A program made the translations under genes and the position numbers. The notes below the pieces were generated by a model. It saw only the letters and a list, made by a program, of their open reading frames with translations. It was not told the origin of the DNA and ran no database searches. A stretch of 64,000 nt of DNA from Sporopachydermia quercuum (Eukaryota). Every line of letters starts with the position of its first letter. Within the stretch, counting starts at the first letter, position 1. Shown piece by piece: positions 10,226 through 22,613 of the stretch. Location: assembly GCA_001599295.1 (NCBI GenBank), contig BCGN01000012.1, forward strand, positions 124,001 to 188,000, in the 5' to 3' direction.

Positions 10226-12798
10226 TTATACACTTCTGTCTGCTCGCACTCTCTGAAATTTGATACCAGTTCCAGGATCTTCTTCTTGAACTGGTAGACC
10301 CTCAGCACTTGGATTTATATCTTCGTCTTGGGGAATTGCTGACAATAAAGATAAACGTTGATTTTGTATATTTGCTTGGTTTTGATAATCAAAATGATCA
10401 AATGCTGATGTATTAAGTCCTGGTGTTGGGTCCGGAATAACAGCAATTCCGTTACCACCAACAAAACCGGGACCACCTGTATTTCTTATTGGGGTCTCTT
10501 TATGTCTAGCACTTTCTGCAGCTTTCAGTTTCTCTTGAGTGGCCAGCCATTCTTTATGACGTCTATATACGTTTCTTGTACATACGCCACAGTCTAGAAT
10601 GAATGATANTAGTAACGCAGCTACCGCTGCCCATGTCATACCGAACATTGAAGCGCCAATAGACGCATGATCACCATTATCATTGAATTCATTTCGACCC
10701 ATGACATAAGCTGCTGTAGTGATAGAAGAAGCAGCGGCAACTAAGAAGAAACCGATGAAGGCAAATACTGCGGAAATCACGGACACTGAGATCGAACAGA
10801 AACTGACAAAAGAAAGAATTAACGCAACAGCTGTAAATGCTAACGCAATGAGATATAATGGAAAAGAAAACCTGGATAGATAGAAATAAGTGTCTCTGTT
10901 CTCAACAAATGATTCCGGAACGTTAACGGTTGTTCCAAAGTTATCAAGGGGAGAAAACGGATAGTCGGGGGCCAAGTCGGTACAGTTTCCGTTTCTCCCG
11001 TCAACGGGAGTGCAAATTCCCCAAAAAGTCCATCGAGAGACTGGAGGCGCAGATGGGATTCTATCTGTTGTTGCCTCCAGCCAGTAGAATCTGTTCACGG
11101 GGAATGAGTCCATTGAGCCCGACATGATGATCAAAATAAGGAGCAAAGTTGATCTAGAAGAGAAATTTGACGTTAGTGAATGTGATATTAAACGGGAAAG
11201 GATCAAAAGAGGCAGGATTATGCTGTACAAGGTCATAGACATAGGAATTGGGAAGGAAATTGCATGTGTCAGCAATAGAATATGCAAAACTTTGGATAAA
11301 GGTACATGCATCTGCATTTTGCTGCATTCTAGGACCTTTCGTTTTTATTTCTCATGTTTTGTCATGAAGATAAGTACAAGTCAAGAAGAGCATGTATCAT
11401 TGTTATTTCATAGNTTCCAAGATAACAGAAATGTAACTTCCTGTATGATTATTATAGTTCACTCTGCATGAAGCCTAAGGGTATTGCCTCGCATCAACCG
11501 TTGAGCATGGAATACACAGAGCACACACCATTTGCTACTGTGCGCTGTTATCTATCATACGGCGCTATTTCCACTGATTATAGTGTAATAGCTGCCAAAC
11601 AATATTACGAGTGAATTGTTGCTATGATGAAATGAGCACTGACTGAAAATAGTGTTCTCCTTCTGGGAAGTGTTATGAATTGCTTGGTTGCGTGGTTGCT
11701 TCTTGATAGAATTAATATGATATGGTGACGAACAGATTATGATATCTGTCAAACAGCTACGAGGNCGTTCTTTGGTGAATAACATGAATCTGAGTGTGAA
11801 TCTAGTAAAACGATGTTGACAGTAGCAGCTGTTGTGGGACTATTCATGTTTCTGCCTATTCCATTCCTCTTTCAAACCAAACCAAACACAATTAATTCTA
11901 AGAACAGCAATTTCCTTATATGCAATTATTTGATAGAAAAAGTGAATTATTGATTAATGATAACAATAATACTAACTATTGTTGTCGCTGCTGCTGCTGC
12001 TTAATAGGAGAATATCATAGCTCATTCTAATCCAATTGTTGTATTTGCATGACTAAAACAGCAATTTAAGTGCTCATATTGCAAACAACGGCCCTTTCTG
12101 TCTTTCAGTTGTTTATCNCGGCTGGAAAACTAGCAGTGACCATAATTAATTGAACCGTTTGGTTGTTCATTTCCTGATGCCCTAGATTCCCAGGGTTCCC
12201 TTTTAGAGGCTTCTTCTTAGTATTGCATTTTTTCAATGAGTTCTATACAGCTTGCTCTTGCAAAGAGTTGTTGCATATTCTCAATTCAAGTAAGCAAGCA
12301 AACAATACAAGTCAAATCAAATCAATAGGTTCTCTTTCCTGCTCGAAGTCCCAAAACAATTCAACGTTTGAAATCTGCGATTGTCATCTCACTCAATTGA
12401 AGTCTCATAGTTCAGTGATTCAAGACCATTGTATATTATAAAGAATAATATTAAGTAACAGTATGATTTATGTTCTCATATTATTTTCAGAGTCTATTAG
12501 CAGTAGTATCAACAATTAGACCATCTAGTAACACCCACTGATTTTTCATACAAGTATATATACCATTAAGTTCATAGACTCCCGGCATGTCCATTGTAGT
12601 TATTCTCTTTCTTTCATTTACTTTTATTCATTTCATATGCTAAGCAAAACGCTCTTTTTTCATAAAACCCGCTTACGGAATCTCATATTTTCCTTTTTTT
12701 TGTTTCTTCCTTTTCCTTTCTTTTCTCTTTTCAATAGCAAAATATACTTACCCAGCAAGGAAAAACAAGCTGAACAAATGAGCCCAGAATCGTGCCAT
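10226..12798 (-). CDS. SUR7: Sur7/PalI-family eisosome (MCC) tetraspan membrane protein; exons 12798-12752 and 11153-10226
   Basis: Exon 1 MARFWAHLFSLFFLAG ends GG|GTAAGT. Branch point CACTAAC...TTCTAG precedes exon 2. The splice restores ...FLAGSTLLLILIIMSG, followed by FYWLEA, RWTFWGIC, YPFSPLDNF and YYLSRF-like motifs. The ORF track's N-terminal extension is intronic. Confidence 0.88.
11154..12751 (-). other. Spliceosomal intron of SUR7, 1598 nt
   Basis: Donor GTAAGT at 12751, branch CACTAAC near 11172-11178, TAG acceptor at 11154, phase-compatible. Confidence 0.85.
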
Positions 12799-14342
12799 TG
12801 CGATAGATGGATGCCAAAGACTGATTTTCAAGCGAATAAGAACTCAACAAAACCAGCTGTTTCTGTTTTCAAGAGCAAGTCAGTTTCTTGTATCAAGAGA
12901 GTGTTCAATTGAAGTCAAAAGTGTGGCAAAATGGTGCTTTTATTGAAGCACGCCTGTTGTTGTTCTTTTGGTTTGTTGTGTTGTATGGAGAACAGTGTGG
13001 TGAATGTCTGTTGATGAATTGGTATTTGTTTATCTTGATGTTCAAGGTAATTGACAAAAAGCCTCAAAATAAATAGATACGTTGCTAAAACAGAACTTAG
13101 ATGTTTCACAATATCTAACACCTAGGAAGCTGTTGATGGAGCACTGTAACCTTTCAGAAAGGTTGCTAAAGGTGAAATGTAATATGAAAGAAGCAAATGC
13201 GTCAGATGCAAGTAGTTTGTTTACATTTTGGGTGGAAATTGAATCTGAACTAAATGTAAGGATTGATTTTGGTTTCCTAATCAGGATGGAGATTATCCAA
13301 TTAGGGCGAAAAAGGTAAATTGAAACTGAGATTTTGCAGAATTATGCATTACGTACAGTTAGGCATTTGCTCGTTTCGGTTTGGGAAATAGATCCAGGTG
13401 CTTTAAGTGGGCATATGGGAACAGAAGGGAGAGAATCCTGATTAAATGAATGGAATACATAAACTGTGAAATGGTTTATTTGCATGTTCGGAGATGAGAA
13501 AAGGTAATCAAGTTGTGTTGACAATCAGAAGTTGGCTTTGAAGCAAGATGTGTATTGTGGAAGATGGGCTCGTTAAGTGAACGAATATGTTCAGTATGGT
13601 TAATGTGACAATATTATGACGTTTGGAAGAGCAAGCATTGGGATTTGCCGGTTTCTTATGCTCTATTCTTAGTTACATAAAGTTTTCCTTCATTATGGAA
13701 TGGCACAGGTTGCTTAATTTGGTTCTGTGTGCTGTGATCTTCTAGTGGAGATGGTATTTGTTGTTTTTATAGGTCTAATTTTGCTCTTTTACCTCTCACA
13801 TTTTTCCTTCGGTGTCAATCAACATTTAGATCAAATCGAATTGAATAAAATTAATAGAGTATGCTATTTTCTTATTTCAAAAAAGAATAAAGCACCATTG
13901 CCCATTAAAAATTTCTTATGCATATGCATGATGAAGATGGTCTCCTATATAATAAACGTTTTCTGTTTCAGTAAACCTGCATATGATTATTCAATTGGGT
14001 AATAACCTTCATTCTTGCAGTTCATGCAGCATAATTTACTGCACAGCGACTACAGGTTATTTCTGATGACCCAATAACTAACAAAAGATAGGAAATCTTA
14101 GTGATTATTATTGGAATTATTGGGAAATTTGCAATGAACTCGGATTCCAATTTCCATGTACTTTTAAGCACATTTCGGTATGAATCTAAGTCAATTGCCC
14201 TTATAGATCATCTATCTGAATACCGAACATCAATGGTTGTCATCTATGAATGACTATCAAAAGCCATACAATTCTTTTTCCCCTATATATTCTAAAACAT
14301 TTTGTAACATAAATTCAATCTCGTATATTATCCTAACCTAAC

Positions 14343-15284
14343 CTATTTACTAATGCTTAACAATCGACTGTGATTGATGGTTGCTTCTAATGGCTTTTTC
14401 TGATTCCTTCCTGCTTTTAAATAATGATACAAGTACAATTTGCCTTTATCACTGCTTGCCTTATCAAATGTCTTGTTACTATTGAAATTAGCTGTGGATG
14501 AAGTAACTGACACTATTGCTTTGGCTTTCACATTCAAGCTACCAAGCATAGGCATCATAATATCTGATAGTGATAGTTGAGGATTTCTGTTTATATTATC
14601 AAATTCACTTATAATAGAACTTTCGTTTTGAATGGAAAATAGTGAAACTGAGTGTTCTTCATCCTCGGCATCATCTTCATGTGCATTGTTATCTACATTT
14701 CTAGTATGTGCCGTTGCTATTTGGTGATCTAACCTTTCCCCTTTTGCTCTGTCAAAGGTGCCATCATCAATATCATCAATATTGTCGTCATTTTCAGCAA
14801 CAATATTTTCTGAACTTTTCAAATAATCTGCAAATCGAGGACTCATCACAATTGGGCTCCATGGCTGACGTAGTCTGCTATCAGTACGTATAGGTGTCGA
14901 GCTTGCACCAATATCCATTCTTAAATCATCTTGACTATTGTCAGCACATAAACATATTTCTTTCCTGCGATCACATTTCAGTATTTTATTTTCTGTTTTC
15001 ACTTTATCTAAGTTCTTCATAAGCAATTGTATTTCAATTCGCAATGTATCCATTTCTTCTTGTACTTCATTTGCCCATTGATTCACATCTCGTTTCATCA
15101 GTTCCAGCTCTTCCACTCGGTCTTCTAAACAGTTACTATACTTTCTAGTTTCTATTATTTCCATATCTCGTTTTTCCAATTCAGCATTTAAATGCTCAAT
15201 ATCCAGCGATTGAAGAGATACTTTCAGTTCCAGCTCAGCTTTTGCTTGTTCAAGCTTTATTGCTATGCTTCTATAGTCAACCAT
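14343..15284 (-). CDS. Uncharacterised protein with N-terminal coiled coil (313 aa)
   Basis: 942-nt ATG-initiated ORF with heptad-like E/L/K-rich first ~105 aa, an acidic middle and S/T-P sites. No family recognised. Confidence 0.7.
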   Translation of the reverse strand: MVDYRSIAIKLEQAKAELELKVSLQSLDIEHLNAELEKRDMEIIETRKYSNCLEDRVEELELMKRDVNQWANEVQEEMDTLRIEIQLLMKNLDKVKTENKILKCDRRKEICLCADNSQDDLRMDIGASSTPIRTDSRLRQPWSPIVMSPRFADYLKSSENIVAENDDNIDDIDDGTFDRAKGERLDHQIATAHTRNVDNNAHEDDAEDEEHSVSLFSIQNESSIISEFDNINRNPQLSLSDIMMPMLGSLNVKAKAIVSVTSSTANFNSNKTFDKASSDKGKLYLYHYLKAGRNQKKPLEATINHSRLLSISK

Positions 15285-17041
15285 ATCAAGAAGATTATTG
15301 ATTATTGTACTCCAATCTCATCCCCCGTTGTGTTCATATATAACCTTTGCCAGTAAAACTTTATTAAGAGAATAATCTACCACTTCTTCTGAAGTAAAGT
15401 AGTAATGATTTATGATTTTCTTGTAATTGATTTTCCGATGCTTTGATAGAACCCAGTCTAATGCATTTCTAATCTTGTGTTACATCAAGCATATTCTTCT
15501 ACCTATCTATGGTATTCTATTGCAATTGCTTTTTCTTCCCTCAATGCATCCATTCCATATTCGGCAAAACTCCCATTTATGACCCTTTTATCTCTATGCC
15601 TTCTTTTTTTCCCTTATCCACTCTTTTGCTCTCTCGAAACTACCAGATTCAAATTCCTATCCCTTTGTTATTGTTTCTCTCTTCACCACTAGTACATTTC
15701 CCATTCATACTAAGCTTTTACGGGCAATAATTTCCCATTCCAGTATTTGGACACAATGGGAAATGTATCGAGATACACCCCCTATTTCATGATGTTGAGA
15801 CGCGAAGAGTTGAACTCAAGGTAATGTGACATTTCCCACGTTGATGTCATGACAACCGTAAAGTAACCCGCTCTTCAAATGATCCTTTCTAGCGTGCTGG
15901 AATAATCTAAAAGGGACTGGTTAATTTCACTCTAACAGTAAATTTCATCACTAAGAGAATATNTTTTTTCTACGTATAATCTTGTGTGGGAAAAGATGTT
16001 TCTTCTTTCTTCCTTGGAGTTGAACGACATATAAATATAATGGCAGATTCCTGTTGAGAGGGATAAAATATTTTTTGCAATTAACTGAACTAGGGGTGGA
16101 GTTAGTGTTGATAACACTGTGACATTCTTCTTTTATATACAGTTGTAGATTGATTGATGGACTGATCGACTACTTGGAAGATGTATTGATGAATGCTGAA
16201 TATGAATAATCAAATGTCTAATATATTTTCAGGCTAGCTGATCCTTCATTAACTAATATACAGTGTATATCAGCAGTTGGAACTAATCAGTTATTGTTGT
16301 AATTGCTAATGGGTAAGTTTAAGTGGAGTTTTCTCCAACTTTTGTTGTTATTTCGGCAAACAAAACTGTTTAATAATTAGATACGCAACGTAATCATTGC
16401 AAGAACAATCATCACTTGAATTGAAATGATGATAACACTGCACTTCTTTCCACATCTGAATCGACTCTGATGACAGGCTTGACTTTTATGTTGATTTGAT
16501 TGACTTCGGTCGACTCATTTCAGCTTCATACTTGCCAGTATTACAATTATCTGATCTTTTTACAAGAGTGATATTCATGCGTGATTGAGTCTTACTGCTG
16601 ATATGTAGTGTTTACCGAACTAGTTTTGATTTGCAAATAACATCAAATGTTAATTCCCAGCTTTATCACAACTGTTACTAACTAGAAGATTTAGTAAGCT
16701 TATAAGTACTTTTATAATCAGCAGAGACGTTTTATTGTTTAAATGATGAAAAACCACCCGCACATTCGCAGTTTCCTCGGTAGCGTACGCTAAGAACCCA
16801 TCTTTGTATGCCAGTGACCGTTGCAGTCCTTCCTGGGATGTCTGATTTAACAATATAGACGGATTTTTTGTCTGAGTGTTTAATCTTGCTGGTTACATGA
16901 GTCGTTTACTAACTAAATTTTCAGTACTTGTATATTACTGTCCGTACTTAAATGCACTTGCATATTTTAACTTTCATTAAATCATTATCTACATGTTATT
17001 GTAGTCCTGTTCTATAACCTGCTTGACCTATTTATCTATTC

Positions 17042-18565
17042 TTAATCCAAATGTGTGAACGATTTTATAACTGGAACAACTCCCAATGGTGTTGGATGCC
17101 AGTCTGCAGAATAACCCCAACCGTGAAAATTAATGGGTTCATGTGTATTATCTAACTCTTTTAGACGCTGCTCATCATTATCATTATGATCTATTGATGC
17201 CTTTGATGAATCTGGCTTTAGCCGTTTACGAAGCATCTTCAAATCCGCTTCCATCTCCTGTTCTCCATTCAATTCTTTCACATTATCCGCACTTCCTTCA
17301 TTAATATCTCCAATTCCATCCAGCGTATGCTTCTTTCCTGCAAGTATATCCTCTATCCTTTTAATAATACTCTCATAATTGTTGTTTGATTTCTCAATTT
17401 TCAGTATGAATTCTAAAACAGATTTTGCCCATGACGATTTATTATTCATTTCACATAAGTCCACTACCACCTCAACATCTTCAGTGCCTTCCAACCAAGG
17501 ACTTGATTTGCTCTTGATCCGAGGAGAAAGGAAAAACAGTATCCATTCAACTAACTGCTCGACTTGCGAATTGCTTAGTTGATAATTGTTTAGCAATTCA
17601 TTAGAAGTCCCTTTGGTATCATCAGTAGTATCGTCTTCATCATTAATGCTATAAGTGCTCATAGGATACCTATTCTCAGGGTGATACAGAGATAACTTTT
17701 CTAGTATAAAGAAAACGAGATTTCTTATGAGTCCGTTCACGTTCAGTTCATCAAATATAGGAGAATAAAGTATAGAATATTGGCTTACTTTAAAGTTCTT
17801 TTTCTTAGAAATCAATACTTCTTTNTACAACAAAACGTTGAAGAATAGATTCTCATCATTTTTAATAAAGCTTTCCAGTTCATTAACAATTCTCCAATAT
17901 TCTTTCCCCTCATGACTTCCATCTCCTCTTTTCACAACTTTGAACGGATCACTTCTTCTCAGTCGTCTCCAAACTTTAAAGCTTTCTTTTATCTTATCTG
18001 CTATTACTAATTCATCCTCCTCATCACCTTCGTCGCCTTCTCCATCTTCACCGTTCAGCAGATCCATGGGAACATCTCCTTGTTCTGCGTTGGCTTTCCC
18101 GTTCATATTCATATTCCAGTAGTGTTTCCAGAGCCAATCGAGCGCTCTCTCGGCGAAATACCTCAACGATTCCAACGAGGGTAATCCCTCATGGGTACCA
18201 GCATGTCTTACCTCTACAAAATAGGAATTCAGGTTCAGATTCCTTGCAAGAACGCTCAAAGGAATGGCAAATTGAGATTGCTGTGCGGGATCTAAAATTC
18301 CATTGACAAACCGTATTAGAGCCATCGTATAGCTCATTCTTGCCGTTAAAGCGTCTAATCCTTGTTCATCTTTCAATAGTGTGCAAACTATCATGGACGT
18401 GGCTTCCATCGCTATTGGTACATTTCCTCGGGTTTGATAAGCCTGCACTCTCTCAATAGCTCTTGATCGGTTGTCTATACCTTCTGTTTGATTATAGAAC
18501 CATTCTTTCAATATTTCCAGTTCGCTTGGAGATCTCCAAGGAACAGCTTTAGGATGTACAACCAT
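17042..18565 (-). CDS. LAS1: Las1 HEPN endoribonuclease (pre-rRNA ITS2 cleavage)
   Basis: Start MVVHPKAVPWRS; MALIRFVNGILDPAQQSQFA; HEPN motif RHAGTHE; C-terminal WHPTPLGV. Confidence 0.92.
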   Translation of the reverse strand: MVVHPKAVPWRSPSELEILKEWFYNQTEGIDNRSRAIERVQAYQTRGNVPIAMEATSMIVCTLLKDEQGLDALTARMSYTMALIRFVNGILDPAQQSQFAIPLSVLARNLNLNSYFVEVRHAGTHEGLPSLESLRYFAERALDWLWKHYWNMNMNGKANAEQGDVPMDLLNGEDGEGDEGDEEDELVIADKIKESFKVWRRLRRSDPFKVVKRGDGSHEGKEYWRIVNELESFIKNDENLFFNVLLXKEVLISKKKNFKVSQYSILYSPIFDELNVNGLIRNLVFFILEKLSLYHPENRYPMSTYSINDEDDTTDDTKGTSNELLNNYQLSNSQVEQLVEWILFFLSPRIKSKSSPWLEGTEDVEVVVDLCEMNNKSSWAKSVLEFILKIEKSNNNYESIIKRIEDILAGKKHTLDGIGDINEGSADNVKELNGEQEMEADLKMLRKRLKPDSSKASIDHNDNDEQRLKELDNTHEPINFHGWGYSADWHPTPLGVVPVIKSFTHLD

Positions 18566-19827
18566 TTGGTTGATTGATAGTATTGGAGGACAGATGCTGG
18601 TGCTAGAACTGTGTGATAGCACAACTACGGAATAAGCAGCAAGAAATAAGACCCTACTAGCTTGTGAGGGCTAGTTACAAGATTCAGTGCTTATTTCCTC
18701 ATACCCTATAAAGCTGCTGCTGCTGGTAATAAAGGGAGCAAACAACATAGAATCAATGGAGAAAAATGAAAAAAGTTGATTTTGTAGTGAAATGCACTAA
18801 CAAACAACAAAGAAAGACCTGATGTTCACTGAGAATATGATCATGTGACTGACTGTAGCCGATAGCTTGAGAGATGATACCCAAACAGGTCTTCAGGAGC
18901 TAAAACCAGAATGATGGACGAAAGGGTGTGAGATGCAATTGATTTACTGTATGTTAACAAACAACCTGGGAGCAGTATAAATAGTCATACTCACATCCAA
19001 TAAAAGATTACCGTTATAAAATACCAAATTAATGCTTCATCTTTTAACCTACTTAGTCATAGAAAATGAAGAAATGTGTACAGTAGAATATATACCACCC
19101 AACGGAAGGTTCGCATCTGCATGTACTATACATCATTATCTAAACTTTAACTCATATCGCGTCACAAAAACGCCCTATCAGAATCCAAATCCGAATCCAT
19201 CAACAATAGTGCTTTTTCTTGTTATTATTGAATGAATAGATCAACAAGTTCCTGTTGTATAGTGGAAACTAGTATAGTTCATTACCATACTGTTAACCAA
19301 CCTGTTTTGAAAGTAAGTGTGACTTCTGGTTGATGTTCCTTGTAATTGCGAAGAAACTGTATGACGAGATAGATACTCGTTTATTCGATGGCATCTCCTC
19401 TACTGACTGTAAGGCTGACTGATCAATGATCCATTGGTTTAATGGTTGATCATGGTTGATCCAACAATTGATTGATAACTATTTGTACAGACTACGTTTA
19501 TTGGAAAATTGAACTTACAAATAATAATATGCCATATAATTAAATGCTATTGCTACGCTATTGTCATTTCCCTGTTTGTTATTGTTTGACTAACCGCTTT
19601 CATGAACAGCGTATATGCACATACTGAGAATCACCCTATGTTAACAGTGATACCTCAAAACAAAAACAACAACAACAAAAACAACTGACCATTTCCTACT
19701 GTATCACTATAAATAACAGCTTATCTACCTCTTCCAACTTTCAACAACGTCCCATAAACAACATTTATAGTCATTCTCTTAAATCCTGGCAGTTTTTTAG
19801 ATTTATCTCTCCTAATCGCCTTTCAGA

Positions 19828-21721
19828 ATGACATCTAAACCACATGTTGTACAAGAGCTCGACCCTCTGTTTCCAGCAGAAGTCAAACACACTAAAGACA
19901 ATCACGCAATCAAACAGACGGAAGTTCTCATGGATTCCGGTGCTGGTAAAGGAACCGTCCTTCAATATGATTCCGATTCCGACTCCGGCTCTGACTCTGC
20001 ATCCTCTACAGACACTACTACTATAACTTCTACCTCCGGGATCAACTCAACTGACCCATCTTACTCTCGCAGAACTCGACAAGCGAAGTTTGAGGAAGTA
20101 GACCTGCAGGTTCCCAGTCCAGGAAGTCCCAGTAGCAGTGCTAATTTTACAGTTCCTCTTCTCCCTTTAAAAGCTCCCCAGAAACGCAGAGGTTCATGCA
20201 CTGCTCTTCTAATGAGAGAGCTACTACTATATCTACCGCAGGATAACAATATCAGCAATGAATTGGCTAGCAAGGGACCGTCGTCCCATGATAATCTACC
20301 ACCAGGTTCCGACACTGAAAGGAACAAGAAACAGATGATGACGAAACGTGATGTGAATCAGTTGGTAGCGTCCTTAAGAAAGTTTGGTAGAAGACTAAGC
20401 AAACTGTCGTTTAAATTGAATGTTCAGAACGTTTTACTCTCGGCGAAGATATTTGATATCGAGCCAATAATTGCTACAAGAAGAGTTGCTGAATATTTGC
20501 TACGATTGGAGAATAAAGGAACTCCCATAAATGTGTAAGTATCCCTATAGTTTGTAAGCTCGCAGAATAATCATCCTCATGATCACCATAAATTCACATT
20601 AACATATAAATAGCTTTATTCAAGACTGCGTTCTGGATATGAAAACATTCGGATACAATACGCTTGTGACAGAGCACCCAGAATACAAATCTAGAATATT
20701 TTCCTGGACGCCAGAAGAAGTGTCAAAGACTGCTGAGTCATTTGATCTAATAGTGACAATCGGTGGCGATGGGACTATTCTGTTTGCCAGTTGGATGTTC
20801 CAACAGGCTTGTCCTCCAGTACTGGGTTTTGGCTTGGGTTCTCTAGGATTTTTAACGTAAGTAATTAGTTGATATTAAGAAGATTTATCCGTTGTGTTAT
20901 TTGAAAATTGTGTCTGTTGATGGCTTCTTTCAGTATATGGAAACAAGACAACACATACAAGACATAGCATTCGTTTATGTAATACCACTGCTTATTGCAC
21001 ATCCTTACTAACAGTAAATACTTTTAGAGAATTCGACATTACAGCCCACGAGAAAGTTCTGCACGAAGTACTCTACAATGGATTCAAAACTTCTCTCCGT
21101 ATGAGATTCACCTGCACTGTTTCCAAATCAATTCATAATCCAACTATCCCTCTTAGCGATCGGAACCTCAAGGCAGAAATCGGAGATCCCAAATGTCTAA
21201 CTGGCACTTTTTCCACCCACAAGCCAGTTCAGGTGATCACTATATTCAATGACGTAGTAGTGGGAAGAGGGCCTAACCCCAATATGACTACAACTGAATT
21301 ATATGCTGACTGTGAATATCTAACAACAATTGATGCTGATGGTGTTGTTATTGCTACTCCGAGCGGATCTACAGCTTATTCTATGTCGGCAGGAGGATCT
21401 CTAGTGCACCCTGAAATCCCTGGAATGCTGGTCTCACCAATCTGCCCTCATACTCTATCTTTCAGGCCTTTGGTTGTTCCTGAAAGTGTCATTCTCCGTA
21501 TAGGTGTTCCTTATGACTCTCGAACTACAGCATGGTGTTCTTTTGATGGTAAATCGCGGTTTGAACTAGAAAGAGGCGATTTCCTTACTGTCACAACATC
21601 TCAGTATCCTTTCCCAATGGTTCAGACCTCTCATAACGGTTTACATTGGTTCCAGGGTATTAGCAATACCTTACATTGGAACGAAAGACAGCGACAGAAA
21701 CCCTTTCAGGTTCCTAAGTGA
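19828..21721 (+). CDS. ATP-NAD(H) kinase; exons 19828-20534, 20614-20856, 21028-21721
   Basis: Motifs GGDGT, GSLGFLT, NDVVV and ATPSGSTAYSMSAGG. Introns GTAAGT..CATTAAC..TAG and GTAAGT..TACTAAC..TAG join three ORF fragments in frame. Confidence 0.9.
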
Positions 21722-22587
21722 GATAACTGTAGTTTTAGAAGTAAACGATGTGCCTTGTACTTTCTGATGCTTTACTGTGTATTTAGAAGAGTGCAGCTGG
21801 TGATACAATGTGCAATTCGATGTTCTATTTGTTGATAAAGGAAGATCTATTTGTATATGTATATATGTATATCTATGTATATCTATGTATATAAGTTCGG
21901 TTTCTAGACGAGCGTTTATGCAGATGAATGGAACGTGATACCAAGAACCAAAGGTACAATATGATGAATATGATGAATTTATAGGTAATGTTCGCTATGT
22001 GCCTAGGCTGGCTTATATTGTGGTCACAGAAGGTATAGCATATGAATACAGCACAAGTCAATGTTGGAAGTAATGGTTATCTCATGACTACAACTACTGG
22101 GATTGATAACTGAATTCTTTGAACAACTGATTAACAGCTTCACAGCACATATATTCATAGAATACAACGGAGTGAGCAACGTTGCATCTTTTCCTGTTTC
22201 GGGGAAATATACAAGGTAGGTGGGAGTAAAGAATACTGAAATGATATATTGGAAAGATCTTTTCCGTAATTCTTTTCCCGTTGATCAGTATTCAGAACAA
22301 ACACTCCTGCGGACAATGCGCTCCTTCATTCTTCTACCAAGNATTAAAGAATTGGAGCTCACTTTGCAGCTACTTTAAACTGCCTTTCTTATATTATGTA
22401 TAACTTATATCTGTCTCATAGATAAATAAATACCCATCACATAGTAGAAATTACTGATGACTTCTATTTTACTATTCTCATGCACTTCTTTTTGCTTATC
22501 TATTTACTCTTTATCTCCGTAGTTCTCCTCTCCCATTTGCCTAACAATATCCGAAGTCTTTTATCAGTAATTTCCTGTTTTCGGCGT

Positions 22588-22613
22588 TCGGAAGTTTTGT
22601 GAAAATTCCGAGG
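22588..22613. promoter_or_regulatory. Candidate fatty-acid response element (CGG-N16-CCG imperfect palindrome overlapping CCGAGG)
   Basis: TCGGAAGTTTTGTGAAAATTCCGAGG about 1.3 kb upstream of the PTS1-bearing CoA ligase. Confidence 0.4.

Noticed and set aside
11154..11317. ORF-track N-terminal extensions (SUR7, also LAS1, COQ9, ERG8, TYR1, lipase)
   Set aside because: Intronic or upstream of the first ATG that matches the family; near-cognate starts are not supported
12744..12752. ATACTTACC, like the U1 snRNA 5' end
   Set aside because: It is the reverse complement of the SUR7 splice donor
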